64,000 nucleotides of DNA from Alphaproteobacteria bacterium (GCA_965248835.1 CBDFLJ010000001.1:480001-544000), one strand, 5' to 3'; counted from the first letter of the stretch, positions 39,232 through 49,312 are shown. Notes: generated by a model from the letters alone, not told the origin. Translations and numbers: made by a program.

Positions 39232-40101
39232 TTGAGAGCAATCGACATCCACGTGCATCCGATGACCAAGGAGTGGTTCGAGGCCTTCGGGGTGTTCTCC
39301 GATGCGCTGGAGAAGCTGCTGCATGTCGAGTACGAGGCCAAGACCGAAGAGGAGATGGCCAACGACTTCCGGCGTGCGGACTGCGTCGGCATGATGATCG
39401 CCTGGGACGCCGGGGTGGCGACGGGCGATGGGATCATCACCAACGACTGGGTCGCCGGTCTGACCGAAAAGTTCCCCGACGTGTTCCTGCCCGGTTGGGC
39501 GGTGATCGATCCCTGGAAGGGCAAGGAGGCGCTGGCCGAGCTCGAGCGCGCGATCACGACGCTCGGACTGAAGGGCGCGAAGTTCCAGCCGCCGGTCCAG
39601 GCGTTCTACCCCAACGACCGGCGTTTCTATCCGATCTGGGACCTTTGCCAGTCGCTGGGCGCACCGGTGCTGATCCACACCGGGGTGACCGCACTCGGCA
39701 CCGGGCTGCCTGGCGGGCGCGGCGTGCACCTGAAATACGGCCGGCCGATCCCCGGCATCGACGACATCGCGGCGGACTTCCCGAACCTTACGATCATCGC
39801 CGCCCATCCGGGATGGCCCTGGCATGAGGAGCTGATCGCCGTCCTGGTCCACAAGGACAACGTGTTCTTCGACGTCTCGGGCTGGCGGCCGCGGTTCATC
39901 CCCGAGCCGGTCAAGCAGCAGATCAACAACCGGCTCCAGGACAAGGTGATGTTCGGCTCGGACTACCCGGGCTGGACGCCCGAGCAATGCTTGGACGAGC
40001 TGGAGCAGGAAGGCTTCAAGGCGCCGGTGCTGGAGAAGATGTTCGTCAAGAACGCCGTGCGGGTGCTGGGGCTGGACGAAGAGGCGATCGCCGCCCGCTG
40101 A
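39232..40101 (+). CDS. Amidohydrolase_2 family protein (beta-ketoacyl-CoA hydrolase-like)
   Basis: IDIHVH, HTG, AHPGWPW, DVSGWRP, FGSDYP. Confidence 0.85.
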   Translation: MRAIDIHVHPMTKEWFEAFGVFSDALEKLLHVEYEAKTEEEMANDFRRADCVGMMIAWDAGVATGDGIITNDWVAGLTEKFPDVFLPGWAVIDPWKGKEALAELERAITTLGLKGAKFQPPVQAFYPNDRRFYPIWDLCQSLGAPVLIHTGVTALGTGLPGGRGVHLKYGRPIPGIDDIAADFPNLTIIAAHPGWPWHEELIAVLVHKDNVFFDVSGWRPRFIPEPVKQQINNRLQDKVMFGSDYPGWTPEQCLDELEQEGFKAPVLEKMFVKNAVRVLGLDEEAIAAR

Positions 40102-40117
40102 GCCGGCCGAGGGGAGG

Positions 40118-41563
40118 ATGACGATGAGCCAGAGGCTGCCGAATTCAAAGCTGCCGATCTATCGCGAGCTCATCGATTGGAACGATTTCAACCAGCAATA
40201 CCCCGCGCCCGACGTCTGGGCGGAGACCATGTTCAAATGGCCGGCCGAGCGGGTGCGCGAAATGCAGAACGACCGTTTCGTCACGCTCATGGCCGACGGC
40301 TGGAAAAACGGCTTCTACAGCCGCCGCTGGCGCGACGCCGGGCTGGAACCGGGCGATATCAAGAGCCTGGAGGACATCGTCAAGCTGCCGATGTTCAATT
40401 CCGACGACATCAAGGCCAACCAGGCCGACTTCCCGCCGTTCGGCGACATCCAGGGTATCGGCCCGGCGGACTTCAAGGACATTCCGATCAAGATCCACAC
40501 CAGCGGCGGGACCACCGGGACGCCGCGGCCGACGCTCTACGGACCGGTGGAATGGGAGCTCAACGCGCTGACCTGCGGGCGCGGCCTCTATCTCGTCGGC
40601 GGCCGGCCCGGCGACATCATCCAGATCCCTTCCACCCTGTCGCTCGCCAATGTCGGCTGGGCCTACTACAAGGCCTGCCATGACTATCTCGGGATCCTGC
40701 CGCTGACCACCGGCAGCGGCGTGGTGACCGCGAGCCGGCGCCAGCTCGACATCGCCTTCAATTGGGGCACCAACCTGTGGATGAGCTTCCCGGAATACCT
40801 GATGCAACTCGCCCGCGTCGCCCGGGAGGATCTGGGCCGCGACATCCGCGAGCTCAACACCAAGCTCTTGGTGACCTATCTCGGCCCGGACACCAAAGGC
40901 CTGCTCCGCGCGGAGCTGGAGGCGCTGTGGGGCTGTCCGGTCTACGACCTCTACGGCACCCACGAAATCGGGCTCGGCGCATTCGAGGGACCCGACAAGG
41001 ACGGCCTCTATTTCATGGAGGACGTGATGTTTTTCGAGGTCACCGACGTCGAGACCGGAGCCACCCTCTCCCCGGGTGAGACCGGCAACCTCGTCGTCAC
41101 CTTGTTCCACCGGCGCATCCCGCCGATCATCCGGTTCAACCTGCGCGATCTGGGCCGGATCGTTTCGACCGGGACCTCGTCCATCGGCAGCGCCTACCGC
41201 CGCATGGACCACTTCCTCGGCCGCAGCGACGACATGGTCAAGCTGCGCGGCGTGAACGTCTATCCGATGGCCTGCCTGTCGGCGATCAAGTCTGACCCGC
41301 GGACCACGGGGGAGTGGATCTGCATCGTCAACCGGACCAAGGACGGCGGCGTCTCCCGCGACGAGATGACGGTGCGCGTCGAAACGCTGAAGGGCGCCGG
41401 CGCCATCGACGGGCTGGTTCCCTTCCTCGAGACCCGGCTGCGCGAGGACCTCGGCGTCAAGGTCGACGTCGAGCTGGTGCCTGACGGAAGCCTCGCCGAT
41501 ATCGCCAACCTCGGCCGGGAAGGCAAGCCGCAGCGCCTGATCGATCAGCGCTTCAAGGATTAG
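40118..41563 (+). CDS. Phenylacetate-CoA ligase family protein
   Basis: TSGGTTGTPRP, YDLYGTHE, GRSDDMVKLRGVNVYP. Confidence 0.88.
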   Translation: MTMSQRLPNSKLPIYRELIDWNDFNQQYPAPDVWAETMFKWPAERVREMQNDRFVTLMADGWKNGFYSRRWRDAGLEPGDIKSLEDIVKLPMFNSDDIKANQADFPPFGDIQGIGPADFKDIPIKIHTSGGTTGTPRPTLYGPVEWELNALTCGRGLYLVGGRPGDIIQIPSTLSLANVGWAYYKACHDYLGILPLTTGSGVVTASRRQLDIAFNWGTNLWMSFPEYLMQLARVAREDLGRDIRELNTKLLVTYLGPDTKGLLRAELEALWGCPVYDLYGTHEIGLGAFEGPDKDGLYFMEDVMFFEVTDVETGATLSPGETGNLVVTLFHRRIPPIIRFNLRDLGRIVSTGTSSIGSAYRRMDHFLGRSDDMVKLRGVNVYPMACLSAIKSDPRTTGEWICIVNRTKDGGVSRDEMTVRVETLKGAGAIDGLVPFLETRLREDLGVKVDVELVPDGSLADIANLGREGKPQRLIDQRFKD

Positions 41564-41640
41564 TCCTGTCCCGAAAATTTCTGATCGTGTGGGTTGATCT
41601 GTGATTCGCGACGCCCATGGTCACTGACATGGCGATAGCT
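41561..41640 (+). mobile_element. Possible IS-end remnant
   Basis: TAGTCCTGTCCCGAAAATTT starting at a TAG stop with TGATTC about 41 bp inside, same layout as the stub at 6115. Confidence 0.25.
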
Positions 41641-41789
41641 GACAAGCCTGGCGCCCACCGAGTGATTCCGCCGCAAATCCCCCAACGTTCAACCCGGACG
41701 TTGAACCAGCGCGGCGCGCCTCACCAAGACAAGGATGTCCTCCGGCGAGGCGACGGCGGGGACGAGAACGGCCGGGGCAGACGGGCCGA

Positions 41790-42611
41790 TCAGATGGCGA
41801 TCTCGAGGATGTCTGCTACTTCCGGCCAGCTCCGGGCGCCGTTTTCCCTGAGGTCCCGGGTGAGCTGTTCCGGCATCCAGTCCAGGAAGGCGGGCTTGTA
41901 GGTGGGGCGGGATTTTATCGCGGCGAGCCACTGGGCCACCCTCGGCAGGCGGCCGTTTTCCCACATGCCTTGCATCGAAAGCATGTCCAGGCGGGTAACG
42001 TAGGGCGTCATGGCGATGTCGGCAAAGCTGAACGCGTCGCCGGCGAGCCATTGCGTCTTTTGCAGGGCCTCTTCCATCTTTTTCAGATAGTGGTCGTAGA
42101 GGGTGACCTTCTCGGCCGCGCCGGGGGCGGCGAAGCCTTCGCGGACGTAGGCCTTCTTCTGCTCGTGCCAGCCTGCGGCGACCGAGAACGGCGGGGTCGC
42201 GTTGAGGAATTCTTCGACGCCTTTGGGGCCGAGCCTGTTGATGATGTGGCGGTGGGAGGACATGAACGTCAGCGCGCCGCAGGCCAGATGGACCTCCTCG
42301 TCGACGGCCTTGGTCCAGTAACGGATTTCGGCGCAGAACACCGGGTCGTCCGGGCGGATGCGGTTTTCCGGAAAGGCATCGTCGAGGTATTCACAGATGT
42401 TGGTCGATTCGCGGATGACGATGCCGTCATCGACCAGGGTCGGCACGACCGCCTTGGGGTTGAGCTTCATGTATGCCGGATCGAACTGCCCGCCCGCCAG
42501 GATATCGATGTAGTGGCCTTCCCAGGCGAGGGCCTTTTCCTCCAGGTAGAATCGTACCTTGGCGGCGCATACCGATGAGCCGTGGTGGTAGAGTTCGAGC
42601 GTCCGGGCCAT
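41790..42611 (-). CDS. Glutathione S-transferase family protein
   Basis: SVCAAKVR, LNPKAVVPTL, ESTNICEYLD, WLAGDAFSFADI. Confidence 0.9.
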   Translation of the reverse strand: MARTLELYHHGSSVCAAKVRFYLEEKALAWEGHYIDILAGGQFDPAYMKLNPKAVVPTLVDDGIVIRESTNICEYLDDAFPENRIRPDDPVFCAEIRYWTKAVDEEVHLACGALTFMSSHRHIINRLGPKGVEEFLNATPPFSVAAGWHEQKKAYVREGFAAPGAAEKVTLYDHYLKKMEEALQKTQWLAGDAFSFADIAMTPYVTRLDMLSMQGMWENGRLPRVAQWLAAIKSRPTYKPAFLDWMPEQLTRDLRENGARSWPEVADILEIAI

Positions 42612-42713
42612 GTGCGGCCTCCTTCGGCGGTCCCCGCGCGAAGATCAGGAAGAACACCGATTCTGTCAAATTCGCAGGGAGACCGGCCGGCGTCGGCGCG
42701 CCGGGACGCGGCT

Positions 42714-43661
42714 TCAGTCCCGCCCGGACCCGGCCTCGTAGACCGGGCGGTGGCCGCCATGGCTGACCGCGCCCTTGATGGCCGATTTGGGTCGTTGCAC
42801 GCTCGCCGGGTCGGCTGCCTCGACGCCGACCGGCCGATCGCCCTTGATCGTCACCCGGTCCATGAAACGGCGCTGCGGGTAGTAGTCGTGGACCGCGTAG
42901 TGCTGGACCGAACGGTTGTCCCAGAAGGCCAGCGTGTGCAGCCGCCAGCGGTGACGGAACTGATATTCTGGGATCAGCGCCTGGTAGAACAGCGTATCGA
43001 GCAGAGACCGGCTCTCCCGCTCGTCCATGTCCTTGATACGGATCGTGAACTGTGGGTTGACGAACAGCACCTTGCGGCCGGTCACCGGATGGACCCGGAC
43101 CACCGGATGGGTCATCGGCGGGTAGAGAGTCTCGAAATGCTGCAGGGCCTTGCGGTCCTCCTCGCCGTCTCCGAACAGCGGCCTGAACGGCTTGATGTCG
43201 TGGATCGCCTCGAGACCCGAGATCAGTGCCTTCGTGCGTGCAGACAGACCGTCATAGGCCGCACGCATGCTGGCGAACATGGTGTCGCCGCCGATCTCGG
43301 GCACTTCCTTCGCGCATAGTGCGGTCGCCATCGGCGGCGCGGCGCGGAACGTCTCGTCGGAATGCCAGACGTCGGTACCGAACGGCGGGTTATCCTCGCT
43401 GTTCTCGAACCTGATCAGCGCCGGGCTGTGCGCGTCATGCGGCGCAAACGGGTGAACCGAGAGCTCGCCGAACCGCTCGCCGAAGGCGAGGAGTTCGGCG
43501 GAGGTGATCTCCTGATCGTGGAAGATCAGGAGTTCGTGCTCGGCCAGCGCGTCGTGGATCGCCCGATAGGCCTCTTCGTCCAGCGGGCGCCGCAGATCGA
43601 CGCCGCTGACCTCTGCACCGAGACTGGCGCCGACCCGGCGGATCGTCAGGGCATTGCTCAT
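42714..43661 (-). CDS. TauD/TfdA family 2OG-Fe(II) dioxygenase
   Basis: WHSDETF, GGDT, HPVVRVHPVTGRK, WDNRSVQHYA. Confidence 0.92.
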   Translation of the reverse strand: MSNALTIRRVGASLGAEVSGVDLRRPLDEEAYRAIHDALAEHELLIFHDQEITSAELLAFGERFGELSVHPFAPHDAHSPALIRFENSEDNPPFGTDVWHSDETFRAAPPMATALCAKEVPEIGGDTMFASMRAAYDGLSARTKALISGLEAIHDIKPFRPLFGDGEEDRKALQHFETLYPPMTHPVVRVHPVTGRKVLFVNPQFTIRIKDMDERESRSLLDTLFYQALIPEYQFRHRWRLHTLAFWDNRSVQHYAVHDYYPQRRFMDRVTIKGDRPVGVEAADPASVQRPKSAIKGAVSHGGHRPVYEAGSGRD

Positions 43662-43705
43662 CGGTCGCTCTCCCAGGCAGGACCAGACCTTACGTCAAAG
43701 ACCGG

Positions 43706-45028
43706 TCAATCGGCCAGCAGGCGCGGCATGATCAGGGTCAGGGTGGGGAAGGCGATGATGATCGCAACCCGGACGGCATCCGAGGCGAGGAACGGGATCA
43801 CGCCCTTGAAGGTCTCGATCATCGGAATGTCGCGCGCCAGCGAGTTGATGACGAAGACGTTGAGCCCGACCGGCGGCGTGATCAGCCCGACCTCGACAAC
43901 GATCAAGGAGATGATGCCGAACCACAGCTTCAGGTCCTCGGCGCCCAGGCCGAATTCGAGCCCGGCAATGATCGGCCAGAAGATCGGCACCGTCAGCAGG
44001 ATCATCGACAGCGAATCCATGACGAAGCCGAGGACCAGATAGAGCCCGATCATGCCGAACAGCACCACCATCGGCGTCAGCCCGGAGTTCTGGAAATAGT
44101 CAGCAGCGTAAATCGGTAGCTGCGAGAACCCGAGGAAGGCGTTGAACACCGCCGCGCCCAGGAGGATCAGAAAGATCATCGCGGTGGTCGAGGCGGTGCC
44201 CAGCAGCGCATCGATGAAGCCTGCAAGGCGCATGCCGCCCTTGGTGACGGCGATCACGAAGGTCCCGACGGCCCCGATCGCGGCGGCCTCGGTCGGGGTG
44301 AAGATGCCGACATAGATGCCGCCCATCACCAGGAGGAAGATCACCAGCACCGGCCATATGTCGATCAGCGCCGCCCATTGCTCGGCCGCCGCGGCCCGGG
44401 CGCCGGCGGGGCCGGCTTCGGGGTTGACGCGCACCACGATCGCGATCGTCAGGATATAGCCGATCGCGGCCAGGATGCCCGGGATGAAGGCCGCCTGGAA
44501 CAGGGTGGCGACGTTGGCCTCGACCATCACCGCGTAGATGATCAGCACGATCGAGGGCGGGATGAGGATGCCGAGCGTGCCGCCGGCGGCCAGCGCGCCG
44601 GTGGCCAGCGATCCGGCATAGTTGTAGCGCCGCAGTTCCGGCAGGGCGACCTCGCCCATGATCGCCGCTGTCGCGAGCGAGGAGCCGGAGATCGAGGCGA
44701 ACCCGGCACAGCCGCCGACGGCCGCCATCGCGATGCCGCCGCGACGGTGGCCGAGCCACACATTGGCCGCACGGAACAGCGACTGGCTGATGCCGGCCTT
44801 GGCCGCGAACTGGCCCATCAGCAGAAACAGCGGCACGACTGACAGATCGTCGTTGGTGAACCGCCAATAGGTCTCGGTCTTCAGGTAGCTCAACAGCGCC
44901 GTCGTCCCGGCGATGCTGACATAGCCGATCATGCCCACGCTCAGCATCGAGACGCCGATCGGGATGCGCACGGCCAGCAGCGCCAGAAGGGCCGCGAACC
45001 CGATGCCTCCGATCAGCAAGCCGCTCAT
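43706..45028 (-). CDS. dctM: TRAP transporter large permease
   Basis: VPLFLLMG, SGSSLATA, GGTLGILIPPS, FTPTEA, ITPPVGLN. Confidence 0.92.
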   Translation of the reverse strand: MSGLLIGGIGFAALLALLAVRIPIGVSMLSVGMIGYVSIAGTTALLSYLKTETYWRFTNDDLSVVPLFLLMGQFAAKAGISQSLFRAANVWLGHRRGGIAMAAVGGCAGFASISGSSLATAAIMGEVALPELRRYNYAGSLATGALAAGGTLGILIPPSIVLIIYAVMVEANVATLFQAAFIPGILAAIGYILTIAIVVRVNPEAGPAGARAAAAEQWAALIDIWPVLVIFLLVMGGIYVGIFTPTEAAAIGAVGTFVIAVTKGGMRLAGFIDALLGTASTTAMIFLILLGAAVFNAFLGFSQLPIYAADYFQNSGLTPMVVLFGMIGLYLVLGFVMDSLSMILLTVPIFWPIIAGLEFGLGAEDLKLWFGIISLIVVEVGLITPPVGLNVFVINSLARDIPMIETFKGVIPFLASDAVRVAIIIAFPTLTLIMPRLLAD

Positions 45029-45033
45029 CGGGT

Positions 45034-45582
45034 CTAGGACATCGGCTGGTCGTCGAAGAAACGGCCGGCGCGCATCTCCGCGATGCTCCGAAAGACCGTA
45101 TATCCGGTGACCACGATGAGGAAGGCCATCAGCAGCACCGAGATCGGGAAGGTCGTCCAGCGCGGGAAATTGATGGTCAGCGACTTCTCCGAATACTGGT
45201 ACATGTCGATCCCGCCATAGACCATGCGCCAGGTGAGCAGCGCGCCCAGAGCGACGTAGACCATCGCGCCCACCGCATCGCAGAACGCCTTGGCGCGCAC
45301 CGACGCGTGGTTCATGAAGAAATCGACGAGCACGTTGCCGCGCCTTAGCTGGCACCACGGCAGAAAGGCGAAGACGGCGATGCCGGTCCCGATCGCCACA
45401 AGCTCGAAATCGCCGCGGACCGGCTCGGAGAACGCCGCCCGCCCGGTGATGCTCACCGCCGTCATCAGCGCCAAGCCGCACAGGATCACACCGCCGAAGA
45501 TGGCAAGCGCGCGGGATGTGCGGTAAAGGGCCTGGCCCACCGGATCGGTGGGCCAGGCCGAATGCTCAGATCCTTCCGCCAT
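45034..45582 (-). CDS. dctQ: TRAP transporter small permease
   Basis: Four TM segments, GNVLVDFF; between dctP and dctM. Confidence 0.88.
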   Translation of the reverse strand: MAEGSEHSAWPTDPVGQALYRTSRALAIFGGVILCGLALMTAVSITGRAAFSEPVRGDFELVAIGTGIAVFAFLPWCQLRRGNVLVDFFMNHASVRAKAFCDAVGAMVYVALGALLTWRMVYGGIDMYQYSEKSLTINFPRWTTFPISVLLMAFLIVVTGYTVFRSIAEMRAGRFFDDQPMS

Positions 45583-45626
45583 CGTGTCCTCGTGCCGCCC
45601 CGAACGCCGCGGGACGGTGGGTCACC

Positions 45627-46673
45627 CTATTTCGAGTATTTGTCAATCAGCGCCCGGGCATCGGCGAGCAGCGCCGGGCCGTCGACGCCGACCTTCTTCA
45701 TTTCCGAGAACCAGCGCTCGAAGACCGGCTCGGCCGCGGCCTTCATCTTGGCGACCTCGGCCGGCGCGATGGTGTAGAACTTGTTCTTCTTCCGCGACTG
45801 GACGACCTTCAGCCCGGGCTCTTCGATATCCACCCAGTTCTGCCCGGCCGCGCGTGCGATGTTGCGGCCCGAATTGGCATCGACCACGTCTTTCAGCTCC
45901 CTCGACAGGCGGTTGTAGCTCGCCTTGTTCATCAGGAAGGTGAACACGTTGGTGCCGAGCCGCGGCTGCGCGCCGGACAGTTTGGAGAAATGGCTGACGA
46001 GGTCGGGCGTCTTGACCGCCGGCGCAATCTCGTAAGGCAGGGTGACGCCGTCGATGACGCCCTTGGACAGTGCGGGTGGGATGCGCGGCAGCGGCAGCCC
46101 GATCCCCGTCGCGCCCAACGCCTCCAGGAGCCACACCCCGCCGCGCGAGGCGGCGCGGATCTTGAGCCCTTTGAGGTCGGCCATCGTCCTGATCGGCGTC
46201 TTGGTCTGGAACAGGAAGCCGGCATGGACGTGCAGCAGCAGCGGGTGATAGTCCTTCAGATCGGTCGTCATCAGGTGCTTGTGCTGGTAGTCCTGCATGG
46301 CCAGCGTGGTGGACAGCGCGTCCTTGTGCACGAACGGCAGCTCGAACGGCTCTACGCGCGGCATCCTGCCCGGGGTGAAGCCCGGCAGCGCCCAGACGAT
46401 GTCGACCACCCCGTCGCGCGCCTGATCGAGAAGCTGGGTGGCCTTGCCGCCGAGCTGCATCGCCCAGAACGGCTGGACCTTTAGCTTGCCGCCCGAAGCC
46501 TCGCCGATCTTCTTGGCCCACGGGATCAGGAAGGTCTTCGACGGGTTCGCGACCGGCGGGATGAAGGTGTGCATGCGTAGCGTGACGTCTTGCGCCTTTG
46601 CCGGCGGCGCAAGCCCTGCCAGCGGCACCATCAGAACCGCGGCGCCCGCCACGACGACGGAAATCCTTTTCAT
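45627..46673 (-). CDS. dctP: TRAP transporter substrate-binding protein
   Basis: Signal peptide, MQLGG, DGVVDI, FELPF, DLKGLKIR, KGVIDG. Confidence 0.92.
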   Translation of the reverse strand: MKRISVVVAGAAVLMVPLAGLAPPAKAQDVTLRMHTFIPPVANPSKTFLIPWAKKIGEASGGKLKVQPFWAMQLGGKATQLLDQARDGVVDIVWALPGFTPGRMPRVEPFELPFVHKDALSTTLAMQDYQHKHLMTTDLKDYHPLLLHVHAGFLFQTKTPIRTMADLKGLKIRAASRGGVWLLEALGATGIGLPLPRIPPALSKGVIDGVTLPYEIAPAVKTPDLVSHFSKLSGAQPRLGTNVFTFLMNKASYNRLSRELKDVVDANSGRNIARAAGQNWVDIEEPGLKVVQSRKKNKFYTIAPAEVAKMKAAAEPVFERWFSEMKKVGVDGPALLADARALIDKYSK

Positions 46674-46859
46674 TTTCGCCTCTCCGAGTGTTTCCTCGCA
46701 AAGGACAAAATCAGGGTGAGAATGGCTTGTAAAGCCAATTGATGGGCGATCGAGAGAATTTCTCGGCCGACCAGGCCGGGCAAGACAAGCCGCGGGCCGC
46801 GCTTTGTTGTCGGCGCGGCAAACGGTCGGTATCGTCGCGACGCACCGGAGTGGAACGGA

Positions 46860-47873
46860 GTGGGCATGGGCGCGCGCGGTCGCTGCGGCATGATGCTGGC
46901 GTGGCTCGCCCTGGCGGTCGCGCCGCTTACGGGTGCGGCCGGCGGCGCGGAAAAGCTTGTCTTCGGGACCAACTGGAAGGCCGAGGCCGAGCATGGCGGC
47001 TTCTACCAGGCACTGGCCGAGGGCCGCTATGCGAAGCACGGCCTGGCGGTCGAGATCCGCGAGGGCGGGCCGATGGTCAACGTCGCCCACCTCCTGGCCG
47101 CCGGCGTGCTTGATGCGGCGATGATCTCCAACAACGCCCAGGCGATCAATTTCCTGCTCAACGACATCCCGATGGTGACCATCGCGGCCTTCTTCCAGAA
47201 GGACCCGCAGGTCCTGCTCGTCCACCCCGGCAGCGCCTACCGGTCGATCGCGGAGATGAAGGGCCGGCCGATCATGATCTCGGCCGACACGCGCGAGGCC
47301 TGGTGGCGCTACCTCGCGCTCAAGTTCGGCTTCACCGACGCGCAGATCCGTCCCTATACCTTCCAGATGGCGCCGTTCCTGGTCGACAACCAGGCGATCC
47401 AGCAGGGCTATGTGACGTCGGAGCCCTTCATCCTCGCGCGCGAGGGGGTCAAGGCCCGGGTCTTTCTCGTGGCCGATACCGGCTGGCCGAGCTATTCCAC
47501 CCTGGTGACGACGTCCAAGGCGCTGGCAGTGAAAAAACCGAAGGTGATCCAGGCCTTCATCAATGCCTCGATCGAAGGCTGGTACAGCTACCTCTACGGC
47601 AACCCGCGCCCCGGCAACGCGCTGATCCTGGCCGAGAACCCGGAGATGACCGAGGAGTTGATCGCCTACGGCATCGCCAAGATGAAAGAGCATGGCATCG
47701 TCGATTCGGGCGACACGCTCAAGCTCGGCATCGGCGCGATGACCCGGCCGCGGCTTCAGGCCTTCTTCGACGTGATGGCCAAGGCCGGCGTCTATCCGAA
47801 ATCGTTGGACCACCGCGCCGCCTTCGACCTCGGCTTCGTCAACCGGTCCCACGCGCTGGAGATGCGCCCATGA
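46860..47873 (+). CDS. ABC transporter substrate-binding protein, NMT1/THI5 family
   Basis: Signal peptide, TNWKAEAEHGGFYQA, FQKDPQ, QGYVTSEP. Confidence 0.88.
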   Translation: MGMGARGRCGMMLAWLALAVAPLTGAAGGAEKLVFGTNWKAEAEHGGFYQALAEGRYAKHGLAVEIREGGPMVNVAHLLAAGVLDAAMISNNAQAINFLLNDIPMVTIAAFFQKDPQVLLVHPGSAYRSIAEMKGRPIMISADTREAWWRYLALKFGFTDAQIRPYTFQMAPFLVDNQAIQQGYVTSEPFILAREGVKARVFLVADTGWPSYSTLVTTSKALAVKKPKVIQAFINASIEGWYSYLYGNPRPGNALILAENPEMTEELIAYGIAKMKEHGIVDSGDTLKLGIGAMTRPRLQAFFDVMAKAGVYPKSLDHRAAFDLGFVNRSHALEMRP

Positions 47874-48009
47874 CCGGCCGCGTGCCGACGCCGGCGCTCG
47901 CGGTTTCGGGCTGCGCGAGGCTTTCGCCGGCACCGGGTCCACATGCTGTTCCTGCCGGCCTTCGGCACCGCTTGTTGGTGCAGGAGCTGCGTGCGAGGAT
48001 CGGCCGGCG
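47870..48009 (+). pseudogene. Probable remnant of the cognate ABC ATPase/permease genes
   Basis: ATGA-coupled MTGRVPTPALAVSG, continuing in another frame as LREAFAG, resembling an ABC ATPase N-terminus; rest missing. Confidence 0.3.
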
Positions 48010-48975
48010 ATGCCAGAACTGCCCGATATCGTCGTCTATATCGAGTGCCTGGAGCGGCGTATAGCGGGCGCGCGGCTGGACAAGGTCTCGGTGAGGGGCC
48101 CCAACCTGCTGAAGACCTATGACCCGCCGTTGAGCGAGGCCTTCGGCCGGCGGGTGACGGGCCTGCGGCGGATCGGCAAGCGCATCGCGGTCGGCCTGGA
48201 GGGCGATCTTCACCTGGTGCTGCATTTGATGATCGCCGGACGGCTGCACTGGCACGACCAAGGCGTCGAACCGCCGCCGCTTCGCGGGCTTGCCGCCTTC
48301 GCCTTCGATACCGGAACGCTGGTGCTGACAGAGGCGGGCACCAAGCGGCGCGCATCGCTCCACGTGGTCGCTGGGGAGGTGGAGCTCGCAGCGCTCGACC
48401 CGGGCGGGATCGAGGTGCTGAGTGCCGGTGCGGACGGCTTCGCCGAACGGCTCCGATCGGTCAACCACACGCTCAAGCGCGCCCTGACCGATCCGCGCAT
48501 CTTCAGCGGCATCGGCAACGCCTATTCGGACGAGATCCTCCACCGCGCGCGGCTCTCGCCGGTAGCCAGGGTCCAGGCGTTGAGCGAGGCGCAGATCACC
48601 GCGCTCCATGACGCGACCTGCGGCGTGCTCGAGGATTGGACCGAAGCCCTGCGCGCGGAGACCGGCGCCGGCTTTCCCAGGAAGGTGACCGCCTTCCGTA
48701 AGGGGATGGCCGTCCACGGCCGCTACCGCGAGCCCTGCCCGGACTGCGGCGCGCCGGTTCAGCGGATCGTCCATGCGGACAACGAGACCAACTACTGTGC
48801 GCGCTGCCAGTCCGATGGCAAGCTGCTCGCCGACCGGTCGCTGTCCCGGCTGCTGAAGGAGGACTGGCCGCGCACGATCGACGAGTTCGAAGCCTTGGAC
48901 AAGGCGCTCGTGAAGAACCGGCGGACCGGCCGCTCCCAGGGCGGTCTCAACCGGGCCCGCCGGCCGGGCCATTGA
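48010..48975 (+). CDS. Fpg/Nei family DNA glycosylase
   Basis: MPELPD, HLMIAG, SGIGNAYSDEIL, CPDC...CARC zinc finger. Confidence 0.92.
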   Translation: MPELPDIVVYIECLERRIAGARLDKVSVRGPNLLKTYDPPLSEAFGRRVTGLRRIGKRIAVGLEGDLHLVLHLMIAGRLHWHDQGVEPPPLRGLAAFAFDTGTLVLTEAGTKRRASLHVVAGEVELAALDPGGIEVLSAGADGFAERLRSVNHTLKRALTDPRIFSGIGNAYSDEILHRARLSPVARVQALSEAQITALHDATCGVLEDWTEALRAETGAGFPRKVTAFRKGMAVHGRYREPCPDCGAPVQRIVHADNETNYCARCQSDGKLLADRSLSRLLKEDWPRTIDEFEALDKALVKNRRTGRSQGGLNRARRPGH

Positions 48976-49044
48976 CCGCGCGGGTCCGGCTTACTAATCC
49001 TTTCGGCGCACGAGGGCACCCGAAACCGGCCGGCGTTAGAGGCG

Positions 49045-49299
49045 ATGAAAGCGCAGTCCAAGGCTTTTCTGCCGGCGATCGCCGTTATTGCGATCCTCGC
49101 CGCGCCGCTCGGCGGCTGCGCAAGCAAGCCGGGCGGGGGGGGCATCCTCGCCCACGCATGCCAGACCCGGTCCTGCACCTGCGAAGCGCAGGAGGCCGAG
49201 CCGTTCCGCAGAAGAGCAACCACCGAGGTGCTGTGGCGGGTGAACGGCGATGCCTACTGCCCCGAGGGTTTCGTCCTCAAATCGACCGACGCCAACTGA
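49045..49299 (+). CDS. Small Cys-rich lipoprotein, unknown function
   Basis: Lipobox LGGC after hydrophobic leader; CQTRSCTC...YCPEGF; RBS AGAGG. Confidence 0.65.
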   Translation: MKAQSKAFLPAIAVIAILAAPLGGCASKPGGGGILAHACQTRSCTCEAQEAEPFRRRATTEVLWRVNGDAYCPEGFVLKSTDAN

Positions 49300-49312
49300 A
49301 CCGGACCTCCGC

